64,000 nt of DNA from an uncultured delta proteobacterium (GTDB lineage Bacteria > Myxococcota_A > UBA9160 > UBA6930). The DNA lies in NCBI GenBank assembly GCA_963716895.1, contig CAVQUJ010000008.1, positions 828 through 64,827 on the forward strand. The letters are read 5' to 3'. Under the pieces are notes generated by a model. The model saw nothing but the letters and a program-made list of their open reading frames with translations. It was not told the DNA's origin and did no database searches. Below, piece after piece: positions 19,381-30,940 of this stretch; position 1 is the stretch's first letter; each line of letters opens with the position of its first letter. The translations under genes and the position numbers were made by a program.

Positions 19381-19963
19381 GTGCGGGGCAGGGGGCCGGG
19401 AGGGGTCGCTGCTCCGGTGCTCGACTTGGGTGGTGCGCGGAGCGGGTGGAAGAGGTGACGGACCCTTCGAGCTCTACCGGCCACCGCTCGCTCGCAGTCC
19501 TCTCGCCGTCGTGGGACCTCACGCTGGCTCGCTCACGCTCGGTTGGCGTGGCCGCCTCTCGTGACGCCGAGCCGTGCGACCCGTTCTCCGATACCGCACC
19601 TCCACAGCAACGCCCTCCCGTCCCTCGTGTCTCTGGAGACGGCACGAAGCCGACTACCAACCCCCCCCTTTTTTGAATGGGGGGGTCACAGGACACCGCG
19701 CAACATCTCGCGAGTCACGGGGACGGGAGGGCGTTGCTGTGGAGGTGCGGTACCAGACTCGGCGACCGCACGCCTCGTCGTCACGAGAGGCGGCCACGCC
19801 AACCGAGCGTGAGCGAGCCTTCGTGAGGGCTCACGACGAGGAGTGGGCTGCGAGCGAGCGGTGGCCGGTAGAGCTCGAACGGCCCCTCACGCCTCCACCC
19901 GCTCCGCACACCGACACGTCGAGCGCCGGAGCAGCGACCCCTCCCGGACCCCTGCCCCGGACC
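19381..19963. repeat. Long imperfect foldback palindrome, copy 2 (two inverted ~260-bp arms, ~65-bp spacer)
   Basis: 19592-19624 is the exact reverse complement of 19720-19752. Same conserved blocks as copy 1. Confidence 0.9.
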
Positions 19964-19964
19964 C

Positions 19965-21073
19965 TCAGCCGGTCTGGTAGATCAGGTACCCGTCGCCGTC
20001 GCGGCGGACCTCGGCGGCGCCGGCGAGGCGCAGGTGCTCGAGGTGGGCGTACGTCTCGCTCTCGGCCATCTCGCCCCAGCTGCGCGGCTTGAACAGCTTC
20101 TGCGAGAAGGCCTGCACCGTGGCGGGCCCGATCTCGCGCCCGATGCGCTTCACCGTGTCGAGCCGGTCGTAGTGATGCTGCTTGATGGCCTGGCAGCGGC
20201 CGGCGAGATCCGTGAAGGGATGGCCGTGCGCGGGCAGCACCAGCTTCACGTCGGGCACGGCGGCGGCCTGGTCGAGCGAGTCGAAGAAGGTGTCGAGCGG
20301 GTCCTTCGAGAGCGCGAGCCCCGAGATGTGCGGCGTGATCGACGGCAGCACGTGGTCGCCCGACAGGAACAGCCCGTCCGCCGGGTCGTGCAGGCAGATG
20401 TGGTCCTCGGTGTGGCCGGGCGTATGCCGGATCACCCACTCGCGCCCGCCGACGCGCAGCACCTCGCCCGCGCGCACCGGCTTCGTCACGGCGGGCACGA
20501 AGGAGCTGCCGAGCCAGCGCGCGAGCCGCCAGCGGAGCCGCATCTTGAGCGGCGGGCGCGGATGCTGCCCGCCCCACGGCGTCCGGTGGTTCCAGCCGGT
20601 GAGCACGCTGCGGTGCGCCTCGTCGTTCTCGCCCGAGGCGGAGAGGTCGTCGACGGAGACCTCGGGATCCTGCGTCGCCTCGATCACGCCGAAGCGGAAC
20701 GAGCGGTGCGCCACGACCGCCGCGCCCGATTCGCGCGCGAGCCGCGCCGCGCCGCCGAAGTGGTCGGGGTGCGAGTGCGTGACGATCACGGTGTGGACGT
20801 GCTTCGGCTCGAGGCCGGCCTGCGAGAGGCGATCCAGGATCGCCTTCCAGTTGCTCGGCGTCGGGCAGGCCCGGATCGACCACCGCGGCGCCGCGCTCGT
20901 CGATCAGCGCGTACATGTTCACGTGGCCGAGGCCGGGCATGCGAGATCGGGAGCTGCATGCGCAGCACGTTCGGCGCGAGCTCCGTGATCTCGCGCTGCG
21001 CCGTCTCCTGCTCCTGCTTGTGCGGCTTCGTCGGGTGAGCGTGGTCGTGGCTGTGCGCGTGGCCGTGATCCAT
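19965..21073 (-). CDS. MBL-fold metallo-hydrolase (frameshifted near 20830-20950)
   Basis: THSHPDHFG, HTPGHT.DH, SGDHVLP.ITP, LPAHG; His-rich N-terminus. Confidence 0.88.
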
Positions 21074-21150
21074 TGCGCGCGCAAGGTAGAGGTTCGCGAG
21101 CGCGGGCGCCGCCCCTTTGTGCCAACTTCGCGCGCCGAGGAGGACGACGG

Positions 21151-22111
21151 TTGGCTCGGCTCGGCATGACGATTCCGCTCCAGACGGTTCCGCTGCTCGA
21201 GCACGAGCGCTTCGTGAAGGAGCTCGAGCAGCTCGGCTACACGGACGTCTGGACCAGCGAGGCGCAGGATCTCGACGGCTTCGTGCCGCTCGCGCTCGCC
21301 TCGCAGTGGGCGAAGACGCTCCGCCTCGGCTGCGCCTGCTTCCCGGTGCAGACGCGCGGGCCGGCGGTGTTCGCGATGAGCGCCGCGGCGCTGGCGCTCG
21401 CCGCGCCCGGGCGCTTCGTGCTCGGCATCGGCTCGTCGTCCGAGTTCATCGTGAAGCACCAGAACGCGCGGCCGTTCGAGAAGACGTACGCCTACACGCG
21501 CGACATGGCGCGCTTCCTGCGCGCGGCGCTGCGTCACCAGAAGATCAGCCACGAGTACGAGAGCTTCACGGTGCGCGCGCTTCCAGCTGCGGCGCGAGCT
21601 GCCCGAGCCGCCGAAGATCGTGATCGCCGCGCTCCGCCCCGGCATGCTCGAGCTGGCCGGGCGCGAGGCCGACGGCGTGATCCTGAACTACGTGGCGCCC
21701 GAGGACGTGCCCAAGGTGGTCCCGCACGTGAAGAAGTACGGCGAGTCGAAGGAGATCACGGCGCGCATCTACGTCTGCCCCACGCGCGAGCCCGAGAAGG
21801 TGCGCGCCGTGGCGCGCGCGTCGATCGCGGCCTACTTCGCCGTGCCGACGTATCGCGCCCACCAGGAGTGGCTCGGCAACGCACCGCTGTTCGAGGCGAT
21901 GTGGGAGCGCGCGGCCGCCGGCGACTGGAAGGGCGCGCGCGCCGCGCTCTCGGACGAGGCCGTCGACCGCTACTACATCCACGGGCCGGCGGAGTACTGC
22001 CGCGAGCGCATCGCCGCCTACCACGCCGCGGGCGTGGACACGCCGATCGTCGGACTCGTCGAGGAGGCGATGGACCCGACGGAGGCCGCGCGCCTGCTGG
22101 CGCCGCGGTAG
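21151..22111 (+). CDS. LLM-class (luciferase-like, possibly F420-dependent) oxidoreductase (frameshift near 21575)
   Basis: GYTDVWTSE, TRGP, PGRFVLGIGSSS, AALRPGMLELAG..ADG. RBS GAGGAGG precedes TTG 21151. Confidence 0.85.
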
Positions 22112-22115
22112 CGCG

Positions 22116-23130
22116 GTGGAGCTCGCCGAGCTCGAGACGCGCCTCGTGCCCTTCGCGCGCGCGAAGTACGACGACCCCGCGGCCGAGGTGTCCGCGGTGC
22201 ACAAGATGCCGGGCCACGCGGGCTTCGCGTACGGCTTCACGGCCCTGAGCCGCGGGCGGAGCGAGTCCTGGTTCCTGCGCCTCCCGCCGCCGAACGTGTC
22301 GTGGCAGGGCACCGCGGACGTGCTGCGCCAGGTGGAGATCCTGAACGCGCTCGACGCCAGCGACGTCCCGCACTGCTCCGTGCGCTGGTCGGGCGAGGAG
22401 CTCGACTGGTTCGGCCGGCCCTACTTCGTGGTGCCGAAGCTCGCGGGCGACGTGCTGCGGCTCGGCCCGGGCGAGTGGGGCACGAAGCTGCCCGCCGAGA
22501 TGCTGCGGTCGATGGCCGCGCAGGCGATGCGCGCGCTGGCCGGCGTCCACCGCGTGGACTGGCGCACGACGCCACGCCTCGGCGCGCCGATCCCCGCCGG
22601 CGACGACGTGGTGCCGCTGGGACCGCTTCCTGCCCAAGGTGGCGGAGCCCGCTCGCTTCGCGCTCCAGCCGCGCGTGCGGGAGCGCCTGCTCGCGACGCT
22701 GCCGAGCGACGCGCCCGTCGGTGTCTTCCACGGCGACTTCCAGGTGGGCAACCTCTTCTACGCGTTCGAGGGCCGTCTGCTCGCAGTGATCGACTGGGAG
22801 CTGGTGGGCGTCGGCGCGACGCTGAACGACGTCGGCTGGATCGCGACCTTCAACGATCCCTTCGCCTGGGCGGGACGTGGGCGCGGCCCGGGACCGGGGC
22901 ACGCCGACTTCCCCGGCGCGGACGAGCTGGTCGCGCTCTACGCCGAGGCGTGGGGCGAGCGGCTCCCCGATCTCGGCTGGTACCGCGCGCTCGCCGCCTA
23001 CAAGTTCGCGATCATCAGCGGCTTCAATCTCGGGCTGCATCGACGCGGCAAGCGTCACGATCCGCTCTGGGAGGTCGTCGCGGAGTCGATCGAGCCGCTG
23101 TTCGCGCGCGCGGCGGAGCTGCTCGGCTAG
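22116..23130 (+). CDS. Phosphotransferase (APH-like) family protein (frameshift near 22615)
   Basis: GHAG, FLRLPP, HGDFQVGN, IDWEL, YKFAII. Confidence 0.85.
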
Positions 23131-23226
23131 CCGCCCAGCTCCACCTCGAGCGTGTGGCGCGCGCCGTCTTGCGCGAGCAGGGGCGCAGACCGTCCGGGAT
23201 CGGTCCGTTGCAGCGTCACCCGCGCC

Positions 23227-24798
23227 TCAAGGCAGAGCGAAACGCGCCGCGCCGGGCGCGCCCGGCAGCGCCAGACGCGCCCGGCCGCTCGCGCACAGAT
23301 GCTCGAGCAGCAGGTAGATCGTCTCGGCCTGCTCCGGCGCGCCGGCCCGCGCCGCGATCTGCTCGGCGCTCTGCGGCTCGCGCGCGAGCGCCGCGAGCAC
23401 GCGCCCTTGCAGCGCGAGCGCAGCCCCGGCCGCCTTCTTCCCGGCCTCGACGCCGGGCTGGTCGTAGGCGTTGATGCCGACGAGGCTCGCGTAGAGACCC
23501 ACCGTGCGCTCGAACAGCGCGATCAGCGCGCCGAGCGAGGGCGCATCGACGCGCGGCAACGTCAGCGTGATCGACTCGCGCTCGTTCTCGGCGAGGGCCG
23601 TGCGCGTGCCGAGCCAGAAGCCGTGCAGATAGTCGCCGGCCGTGATGCCCGGCTCGACCTCGAGCGCGCTGCCACCCGGCTCGAGCACGCGCACGAAGAG
23701 CGCGAAGAAGTCGTTCCGCCCGTCGCGGAGCTGCTGCACGTAGGCGTGCTGATCGGTCGAGCCCTTGTTGCCGTAGACGGCGAGCCCCTGCTCCACGCGC
23801 CGGCCGGCGAGGTCGAGGCGCTTGCCGAGCGACTCCATCACGAGCTGCTGGAGGTAGCGGCCGAGCAGGCGCAGGCGGTCCTTGTAGGGCAGCACCACCA
23901 TCGCCTTCTCGCCGCGGCCGCCGGTCGCGTGATGCCACATCAGCGCGAGCAGGGCGGCCGGGTTGCGGCGCGCGTCGCGGAGGCGCGTCGCCTCGTCGCA
24001 GGCCGCAGCGCCGGCGAGGAGGCCGTCGACGTCGAGGCCCTGGAGCGCGGCGGGCAGCAGGCCGACGACGGACAGCTCGCTCGTGCGGCCGCCGACCCAC
24101 TCGAACATGGGGAAGCGCGCGAGCCAGCCGGCGGCCTCGGCCTCGCGGTCGAGCGCCGAGCCGGGCAGGGTGACGGCGGCGGCGTGCGGCGCGAAGGGCA
24201 GGCCGGCCGCGGCGTACGCCTCCGCGGCGAGACGCATGCCGTTCCGCGTCTCCGCCGTGCCCCCGCTCTTCGACGTGACGAGCACGAGCGTCTCCGGCAA
24301 TGCGCTCCCGAGGGCGGCGAGCGTGCGCGCGATGCCGTCCGGGTCGGTGTTGTCGAAGAACGCGACGCGCATGCGGTCGGCGGCGGCGCGGCCGAGGGCG
24401 TCGGCCACGAGCATGGGGCCGAGCGCGGAGCCGCCGATCCCGATCACGAGCAGCTGCGTGAAGCGCGCGGCGCGCGGCGGCTTCACCCGGCCCGCGTGCA
24501 CGTCGCTCGCGAAAGCCTTCACCTGCGCCACGGCGGCGCGGATCTGGGCCGCGATCGCCGGCGTCGGCGCGCGGTCCGGCGCGCGCAGCCAGTAGTGGCC
24601 GACCGGGCGGCCCTCGTCCGGATTCGCGGTCGCGCCGGCCTCGAGCGCGGCCATCGCGTCGAAGGCGCGCTCGAGCGCCGGCTCCATCCGCGCGAGGAAC
24701 GCCTCGTCGAAGCGCATGCGGCTCGGGTCGAGCGTGAGCGCCGGCGGCACCGGGCAGAGCGTGGCCTGATAGCGCTGCCACAGCGCGCGAGACGTCAT
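23227..24798 (-). CDS. pgi: Glucose-6-phosphate isomerase
   Basis: [64 protein letters not shown]. Confidence 0.95.
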   Translation of the reverse strand: MTSRALWQRYQATLCPVPPALTLDPSRMRFDEAFLARMEPALERAFDAMAALEAGATANPDEGRPVGHYWLRAPDRAPTPAIAAQIRAAVAQVKAFASDVHAGRVKPPRAARFTQLLVIGIGGSALGPMLVADALGRAAADRMRVAFFDNTDPDGIARTLAALGSALPETLVLVTSKSGGTAETRNGMRLAAEAYAAAGLPFAPHAAAVTLPGSALDREAEAAGWLARFPMFEWVGGRTSELSVVGLLPAALQGLDVDGLLAGAAACDEATRLRDARRNPAALLALMWHHATGGRGEKAMVVLPYKDRLRLLGRYLQQLVMESLGKRLDLAGRRVEQGLAVYGNKGSTDQHAYVQQLRDGRNDFFALFVRVLEPGGSALEVEPGITAGDYLHGFWLGTRTALAENERESITLTLPRVDAPSLGALIALFERTVGLYASLVGINAYDQPGVEAGKKAAGAALALQGRVLAALAREPQSAEQIAARAGAPEQAETIYLLLEHLCASGRARLALPGAPGAARFALP

Positions 24799-24805
24799 GT
24801 GCGGC

Positions 24806-25318
24806 TCAGGATGAGCGAGGATCCGCCTCCGCCGCAAGGAGCGCGCGCTTGCGCCAGCTACCGAAGCGATAGCCCCCCACGCCGCCCGACTTCGGCACGA
24901 TGCGGTGACACGGCACGGCGAGCGGCACGGGATTCGCGGCGCAGGCGCGGGCGACGGCGCGCGCGGCGCGCGGCTGGCCGAGCGTCCCGGCCAGCTCTGC
25001 GTAGCCCAGCGTCGAGCCGCGCGGGAGCTTGCGCAACGCGTCCCAGACGCGGCGCTGGAAACGGCTGCCGGCCACGTCGAGCGGTACGCGCGCGGCGTCG
25101 CCGCGGCCTTCCACGGCCGCGGCGAGCGTGTCGGCCCAGCGCGCGACGCGTGCGCCGCCGCGCTCGAACGTGGCGCACGGCAGCTCGCGCGCGAGCGCGG
25201 CGCGTAGCGCGGCCTCGCTCGTGCCGAAGCGGACCTGGCAGACGCCACGCCCGCTCGCCGCCACGAGCAGCAGGCCGAGCGAGGTGGCGCGGGTCGTATA
25301 CGCGATGGCTTCGGTCAT
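24806..25318 (-). CDS. ogt: Methylated-DNA--protein-cysteine methyltransferase
   Basis: [23 protein letters not shown] active site, GGYR.G..RK. Confidence 0.93.
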   Translation of the reverse strand: MTEAIAYTTRATSLGLLLVAASGRGVCQVRFGTSEAALRAALARELPCATFERGGARVARWADTLAAAVEGRGDAARVPLDVAGSRFQRRVWDALRKLPRGSTLGYAELAGTLGQPRAARAVARACAANPVPLAVPCHRIVPKSGGVGGYRFGSWRKRALLAAEADPRSS

Positions 25319-25449
25319 GGCTTCCTCCGGGCGGCGACGGGAGGTTCGCGGGCGCGCGCCCGCGCGACTGGCCGGAAACGGCCATCGCCCCGAGCCCATC
25401 GTGTCCGAAAACGGCGAGTCGCGGGCCGCCCGTCGGGCATACTCGCGGC

Positions 25450-26910
25450 GTGATCCCCGAAGCCGACGTCTGCTACCGGGCCCTGTCGAGCCGCGATGCG
25501 CGCTTCGACGGCCGCTTCTTCACCGGCGTGGCCAGCACCGGCGTCTACTGCCGGCCGGTCTGCCCGGCGCGCACGCCGCTCCGGCGGAACTGCCGTTTCT
25601 TCCCGTCCGCGGCCGCCGCTGCGCAGGCGGGCTTCCGGCCCTGCCGGCGTTGCCGGCCCGAGGCCGCGCCGGGCAGCCCCGCCTGGCAGGGCACCTCCGC
25701 GGCCGTGGGCCGCGCGCTGCGCCTCCTCGGCGAGGGCGCGCTCGACCACGGCAGCGTGGACGAGCTCGCCGCGAAGGTGGGCGCCGGCGGTCGCCACCTG
25801 CGCCGCCTGTTCGAGGAGCACCTCGGCGCCTCGCCGCTCGCCGTGGCGCAGACGCGGCGCGTCCACTTCGCGAAGAAGCTGCTCGACGAGACGGGCCTGC
25901 CGATCACGGAGATCGCGCACGCGGCGGGCTTCGCGAGCGTGCGCCGCTTCAACACCGCCATGAAGGGAGTCTGGGGCGCGCCGCCGCGCGAGCTGCGCCG
26001 CCGGCGGATCCTCCGCGAGGCCTCGGCCTCGCTCACGCTGCGGCTCGCGGCGCGGCCGCCGTTCGACGGTCGCGCTGTGCTCGCGTATCTCGCGCAGCGC
26101 GAGCTGCCCGGCGTCGAGCAGGTGAGCGCGGAGGGCTACCGGCGCAGCGTGGAGATCGGCGGCGAGCGCGGCGTGATCGCGGTGACGCTCGATCCGAAGG
26201 CGTCCGGCGTGTGCCTGACGCTGCCGGCGCAGCTCGTCCCCGAGGCGGCACGCATCGCCGCGCGCGTACGCCGGCTCTTCGATCTCGACGCCGACCCGGC
26301 GCCGATCCGCGCGCAGCTGCGCCGCGACCCGGCGCTGGCGGCCAGGCTCCGGCGCCGCCCGGGCCTGCGCGTCCCCGGCGCATGGAGCGGCTTCGAGCTG
26401 GCGGTGCGCGCCGTGCTCGGGCAGCAGGTGACCGTGGCCGGCGCGTGCACGCTGGCGGGCCGCATCGCCGCGGCGCACGGCGCGAAGCTCGCGGCGGCGG
26501 AGGGCGCGATCGCGCATGTGTTCCCGACGGCCGCGACGCTCGCGCGCGCCGAGCTCGCGGGCCTCGGCCTCACGCGCGCGCGCAGCGAGGCGCTCGGCGC
26601 GCTCGCGCGCGCTGCGGCGTCGGGCGCGCTCGACCTCGAAGGCGGGCAGCCGCCCGACGAGGTGCGGAGGCAGCTGCTCGCGCTGCCGGGCATCGGCCCG
26701 TGGACGGCGGAGTACGTCGCGCTGCGTGCGCTCGGCGAGCCGGATGCGTTCCCGGCGAGCGACCTCGGCTTGCGTCGCGCCCTCGGCCCGCCGGGGCGCC
26801 CACTTGCAGCCGCGGAGCTCGAGGAACGCGCGAAGGGCTGGCGGCCCTGGCGCGGCTACGCGGCCATGCTGCTCTGGGCCGCAAGCCGGGTGCAGCCCGG
26901 CGCGCAGTGA
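25450..26910 (+). CDS. alkA: Ada Zn/AraC domain - AlkA DNA-3-methyladenine glycosylase fusion
   Basis: RDARFDG.F, YCRP.CPAR, GFRPCRRCRP, AraC HTH, LPGIGPWTA.Y, DAFPASD.G, WRPWR.YA. Confidence 0.92.
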   Translation: MIPEADVCYRALSSRDARFDGRFFTGVASTGVYCRPVCPARTPLRRNCRFFPSAAAAAQAGFRPCRRCRPEAAPGSPAWQGTSAAVGRALRLLGEGALDHGSVDELAAKVGAGGRHLRRLFEEHLGASPLAVAQTRRVHFAKKLLDETGLPITEIAHAAGFASVRRFNTAMKGVWGAPPRELRRRRILREASASLTLRLAARPPFDGRAVLAYLAQRELPGVEQVSAEGYRRSVEIGGERGVIAVTLDPKASGVCLTLPAQLVPEAARIAARVRRLFDLDADPAPIRAQLRRDPALAARLRRRPGLRVPGAWSGFELAVRAVLGQQVTVAGACTLAGRIAAAHGAKLAAAEGAIAHVFPTAATLARAELAGLGLTRARSEALGALARAAASGALDLEGGQPPDEVRRQLLALPGIGPWTAEYVALRALGEPDAFPASDLGLRRALGPPGRPLAAAELEERAKGWRPWRGYAAMLLWAASRVQPGAQ

Positions 26911-26968
26911 GCCCCCGCGAGGCTTCGCCTCGCGCGAGGCGAACGGAGTCACGACCGCTGGGCGCCGC

Positions 26969-29282
26969 TCAGGGCTGGCCCGCTTCGAGGCTCGCGAGCA
27001 ACGCGCGCGCGCGCGCGTCGTCGGGCCAGGCCGCGACGAGGGCGCGCGCGTGGCGCAGCGCCGCCTCCCGCTGGCCGTGCTGGTGCGCGAGAAAGGCGGC
27101 GGCGGCGCGCAGCTCGCGGTCGCCGGGGCGCCGCTCGAGCGCCGCCTCGAGCGTGGCGAGCGCGCGCTCGGGCTGGCCACGGTCCTCGAGTGCGAGCGCG
27201 AGGCCCTGTGTGAAGCGGCCGTTGTCCGGCGCGAGCTCCGCAGCGCGCGCCAGCTCGACGAGCGCTTCGTCGCGACGCCCCGTGCGGATCTCCAGCAGAC
27301 CGAGCGCGAAGTGCGGCTCGGCGAGGTCGGGCGCAACTGCGAGCGCCTGGCGGAGCGCCGCTTCCGCGGCGTCCTCGCGGCCGGCGGCGCGCTCGAGGTC
27401 CGCGAGGTTCACGTACGCCGGCACGAACCAGGGCGCGAGCCGCAGCGCGGTCTGGAACTCGCCGCGCGCGGCGTCGAGGTCGCCCTGCAGCGCGTCGAGC
27501 CCGCCGAGGTTCACGTGCGCCTCGGGGCGATCCGCGTTCACGATCTGCGCGGAGCGGTACTCGGCGAGCCCGGCGGCGAGGCGCGTGCGCTCCTCCGGCC
27601 GGAACAGGTGCCGCCGGCACGTCGGCCAGCACGCGCGCGGCGTCGATGCGCACGGCGCGCAGCGGGTCGTCGAGCAGCGGCTTCACGGCGGCGAGCCGCG
27701 TGCCGGGCTCGACGCCCCGGACGGCGCCGAGCGCGCCGAGTCGGACGAGCGGATCCGGGTCGGCGAGCCCGCGGCGGATCGCCTCGGCCGTCTCCGGCAG
27801 ATCGGGCGCGGCGAGCAGGGTGAGCGCGGTGGCGCGCGCGATGCCCGGCTGCTGCGCGTCGCCGGCGAGCGCCACGAGCGCCGGCTCGGCGCCGGGCAGC
27901 CGCTCGCGCCCTGCGTGGAGCGCTGTGCCGTAGTGCGGCGTGAGGCTCCGGCCGGACGGGAACCAGCGCTTCACCGCCGCGGCGGCCCAGCGCGCGGGCT
28001 TCCCGGTGTGACAGTCGGTGCACGTGTTCGGCGTGCCGATCGCCTCGGACAGATCCGGCCGCGGCACCCGGAACGAGTGGTCGTGGCGCACGTCGACGCC
28101 CATGTACGTGCGGGCGGGCATGTGACACGCGACGCAGGCGCTGCCCGCCGAGCCGGCTTCGTGATGGTGATGCGCCGGCACGTCGAAGACGGCGGGGCTG
28201 TGGCACTCGCCGCAGAGCGCGTTGCCCTCCGCGCGCAGCGCGAGGCGGTGCGGCTCGTGGCAGTCGCTGCACGTGACGCCGGCGGCGTACATGCGGCTCT
28301 GCACGAACGAGCCGAAGTCGTAGACCTCGCCGCGCATCTGGCCGTCCGCCTCGTAGAGGTCTGGCTCGAGCAGGGCGGGGCGGTGCGTGTCGAGCAGCGG
28401 CTCGCCCGCGACGCGTCCCTCGGCGAGCTGCGTGCGCCGCGCGTGGCAGGGCGCGCACACCTCGAGCTCGGTGTGCGCGGGCAGCGGCGGCTCGCGGTGC
28501 GCGATCGGCGCGCCTGCCGCGTGCACCCAGCGCGCGCCGTCGTCGCGGAGGCGCACGGTGAGGCCCGGCTCGCCCGCGCGGTCGCCTTCCGCCCATGCCA
28601 CGTGGCGCGAGCCGGGGCCGTGGCAGGCCTCGCACGCGACGTCGAGGTCGGCCCACGTCGTCTCGTACGAGTCGCGCGCGAGGTCGTAACCGCGGCGCAG
28701 GTCCGTCGAGTGACACTCGGCGCAGCCGCTGTTCCAGTTCTGCGAGAGCTTCGTCCAGTGCAGCACGTCGCTCGGCGGGATGGCTTCGCCCGGGTAGAGC
28801 GAGTACCAGCGCTGGCCGCCCGCCGCGCGCGGCCGCGCGTCCCATGCGATCGAGAGCGCCTGGCGCCGCCCGCCCGGCAGGGGCAACAGCAGCTGCTGGA
28901 GCGGCGCGAAGCCGAACGTGTAGGAGACCGGGAAGTCCGCGAGGCGCCCGTCCGGCCCCTCGGTGTTCACGAATGCCTGCCCGTCGCGCTCGAAGAAGGT
29001 GGTGACGACGCCGTCCTTCTCGAAGCGCGCGTTCGCGAAGTCGCCGAGGCGCGCGCTCGGCTCCTCCATGGCGCGATCGTGGTCGGAGCCGCGCCAGGCC
29101 TCGGCCTCGGGCGCGTGGCAGCCGGCGCAGCGCGCGGCGCCCACGTACGCGAGCGCCTGCGGGGCGGGCGCGAGCGCCGCCGGGGCGGCGGCGCCCTGCG
29201 CCGGCTCGCGCGAGCGCTCGCAGGCCGGCGCCAGGAGCAGCAGCAGGGTGAAGAGGAAGGCTCTCGCCAGCTCAGTCCTCAC
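26969..29282 (-). CDS. Octaheme c-type cytochrome lipoprotein with HEAT/TPR C-terminus (frameshift near 27610)
   Basis: Eight CxxCH motifs (CAGCH, CAECH, CEACH, CAPCH, CSDCH, CGECH, CVACH, CTDCH), lipobox-like APAC, TPR repeats in 26969..27541. Confidence 0.88.
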
Positions 29283-29693
29283 CCGACTCGTCGACCTCGA
29301 CGCGGCCGGTGAGGCGTCGCCACAGGTGGCCCCAGGCTACGCCCAGCGAGAGCACGCCAGCGAGACAGACGAGCGCGATCCAGGTCACGGCGTTCGCGCC
29401 GCCGACCGGGAGCACGCCCGAGTCGGCCAGCCACCACACCAGCGTCCCGAAGAACGCGCAGGCCAGGATCAGGCCGAGCAAGCCGAGCGAGCGCAGCGTC
29501 GCGATGACCAGCACGGCCCAGCCGATCGCGAGCACCACGCCCACGAAGGCGTGAACCGGCCCCGCGTGCCGTCCGCGAGCGAGGCGCGCACCCAATGGAA
29601 GAACGAATGGCCCGTGGGGTTGAAGGTCGCGAGCACCACCACGAGCGCGAGCAGGAAGCGCGCACCGAACACGAAGCCCGAGCGCTGGGCCAT
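29272..29693 (-). CDS. Small membrane protein (DUF6524-like), frameshift near 29555
   Basis: ATFNPTGHSF.HW, ATLRSLG, W...RRLTG.V.VDE; four hydrophobic segments. Confidence 0.6.
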
Positions 29694-29708
29694 GCGGCTC
29701 GTTCCTCC

Positions 29709-30920
29709 TCAGATCACGCCCTTCTCGCGCAGCGCGCTGATGCGATCCCAGTCCCAGCCGAGCACGTCCATCAGGATCTCCTCGGTGTGCTGGCCCAGCT
29801 CGGGGGCGGGCGTGCGCACGGAGCCCGGCGTCTCGGAGAGCTGCACGGGCACGCCCACCATCTTCGTGGGCCCGTGCTGCGGGTGGTCGATCGTGACGAC
29901 GTAGTCGTTGGCCCGCACCTGCGGGTCGTCGGGCAGATCGTCCACGCTGTTCACGATCGTGTAGATGTAGTCGCCCGGATCGTCGTTCAGCAGCTTCAGC
30001 CAGTCCGCGCGCGGCTTGCTCGCGAACGCGGCGTCGATGATCGCGACGCAGGCCGCGGCGTTTTGCGCGCGGGCGCCGAGGTTCGCGAAGCGTGGGTCGG
30101 TGGCGAGCTCCGGGTGCCCGATGGCGCGCGCGAAGTCGGGCCAGTAGCGGTCGCTCTGGAGCATGGCGAGCGCGAGCCACTTGCCGTCCGCGCAGCGGTA
30201 GTGGTTCCAGAGCGGGTTCATGGCGCGCGCGCGGAAGCTCCGCGGCATCGCCACGCCCGCCATCAGCTTCATCGAGACGGACAGGCCCTGGAGGAACAGC
30301 ATCGAGCCGAGGTGCGAGCCGTTCACCTCCTGCCCGAGGCCGGTGCGCTCGCGCGCGAAGAGCGCGGTCATCACGCCGTAGGCCAGCATCGCGCCGCCCA
30401 TCTGATCCGCGATGCCGCCGGAGATCCCGAGCGGCGGCATGTCGGGCTCCCCGGCGGCGAGCATGATGCCGGAGCGCGCGAGGCCGAGGTGGTCGAAGGA
30501 GGGCTCGCCGCTCTCGGGCCCGAGCGGGCCGTAGCCGGTGGCGCTGGCGTAGATGAGGCGCGGGTTCTTCTCGCGCAGCGTGGCGTAGTCGAGCCCGAGC
30601 CGCGCGGCCACGCCCTGGCGGAAGTTCTGCACGAACACGTCGGACTTCTCCGCGAGCGCGTAGGCCACCTCGCGGCCTTCCGTCTTGCTGAAGTCGAGCG
30701 TGATGCCGCGCTTGTTGCGGTTGTGCGATTCGAAGTACCAGTTCGCGCGCTTCACCTCGGCGCCGCCCGCGGCGACCAGGTTCCGGCCCGGGTCGCCGAC
30801 GCCGGTCTGCTCGATCTTGATCACGTCGGCGCCCATGTCGGCGAGCATCGACGAGCAGATCGGGCCCTGCTGCCAGATGGTCCAGTCGAGCACGCGGATG
30901 CCTTCGAGGGGCAGGGACAT
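29709..30920 (-). CDS. Family III CoA-transferase (CaiB/BaiF)
   Basis: PLEGIRVLD, GDPGR, NRNKR, QNFR.G, GYG..GP, FD, APELGQHT. Confidence 0.93.
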   Translation of the reverse strand: MSLPLEGIRVLDWTIWQQGPICSSMLADMGADVIKIEQTGVGDPGRNLVAAGGAEVKRANWYFESHNRNKRGITLDFSKTEGREVAYALAEKSDVFVQNFRQGVAARLGLDYATLREKNPRLIYASATGYGPLGPESGEPSFDHLGLARSGIMLAAGEPDMPPLGISGGIADQMGGAMLAYGVMTALFARERTGLGQEVNGSHLGSMLFLQGLSVSMKLMAGVAMPRSFRARAMNPLWNHYRCADGKWLALAMLQSDRYWPDFARAIGHPELATDPRFANLGARAQNAAACVAIIDAAFASKPRADWLKLLNDDPGDYIYTIVNSVDDLPDDPQVRANDYVVTIDHPQHGPTKMVGVPVQLSETPGSVRTPAPELGQHTEEILMDVLGWDWDRISALREKGVI

Positions 30921-30940
30921 GGGGCGTCCTCCTTCACACG

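Noticed and set aside
23227-24798. Horizontally acquired cyanobacterial/plastid-type pgi
   Set aside because: The sequence type resembles that clade, but codon usage matches the host and this type occurs in several other phyla. There is no evidence of recent transfer.
26916-26943. New repeat family between alkA and the cytochrome gene
   Set aside because: A short GC hairpin (cgcgaggc-ttc-gcctcgcg) between convergent genes, seen once. It is most likely an ordinary terminator or REP-like stem.
25029-29312. Very long alternative-frame ORFs (e.g. 1427 aa here, and the N-terminal parts of 7260..10520, 23152..26910 and 42487..45363)
   Set aside because: Arg/Ala/Pro-rich shadow ORFs antisense or out of frame to well-supported genes, expected at this GC content.
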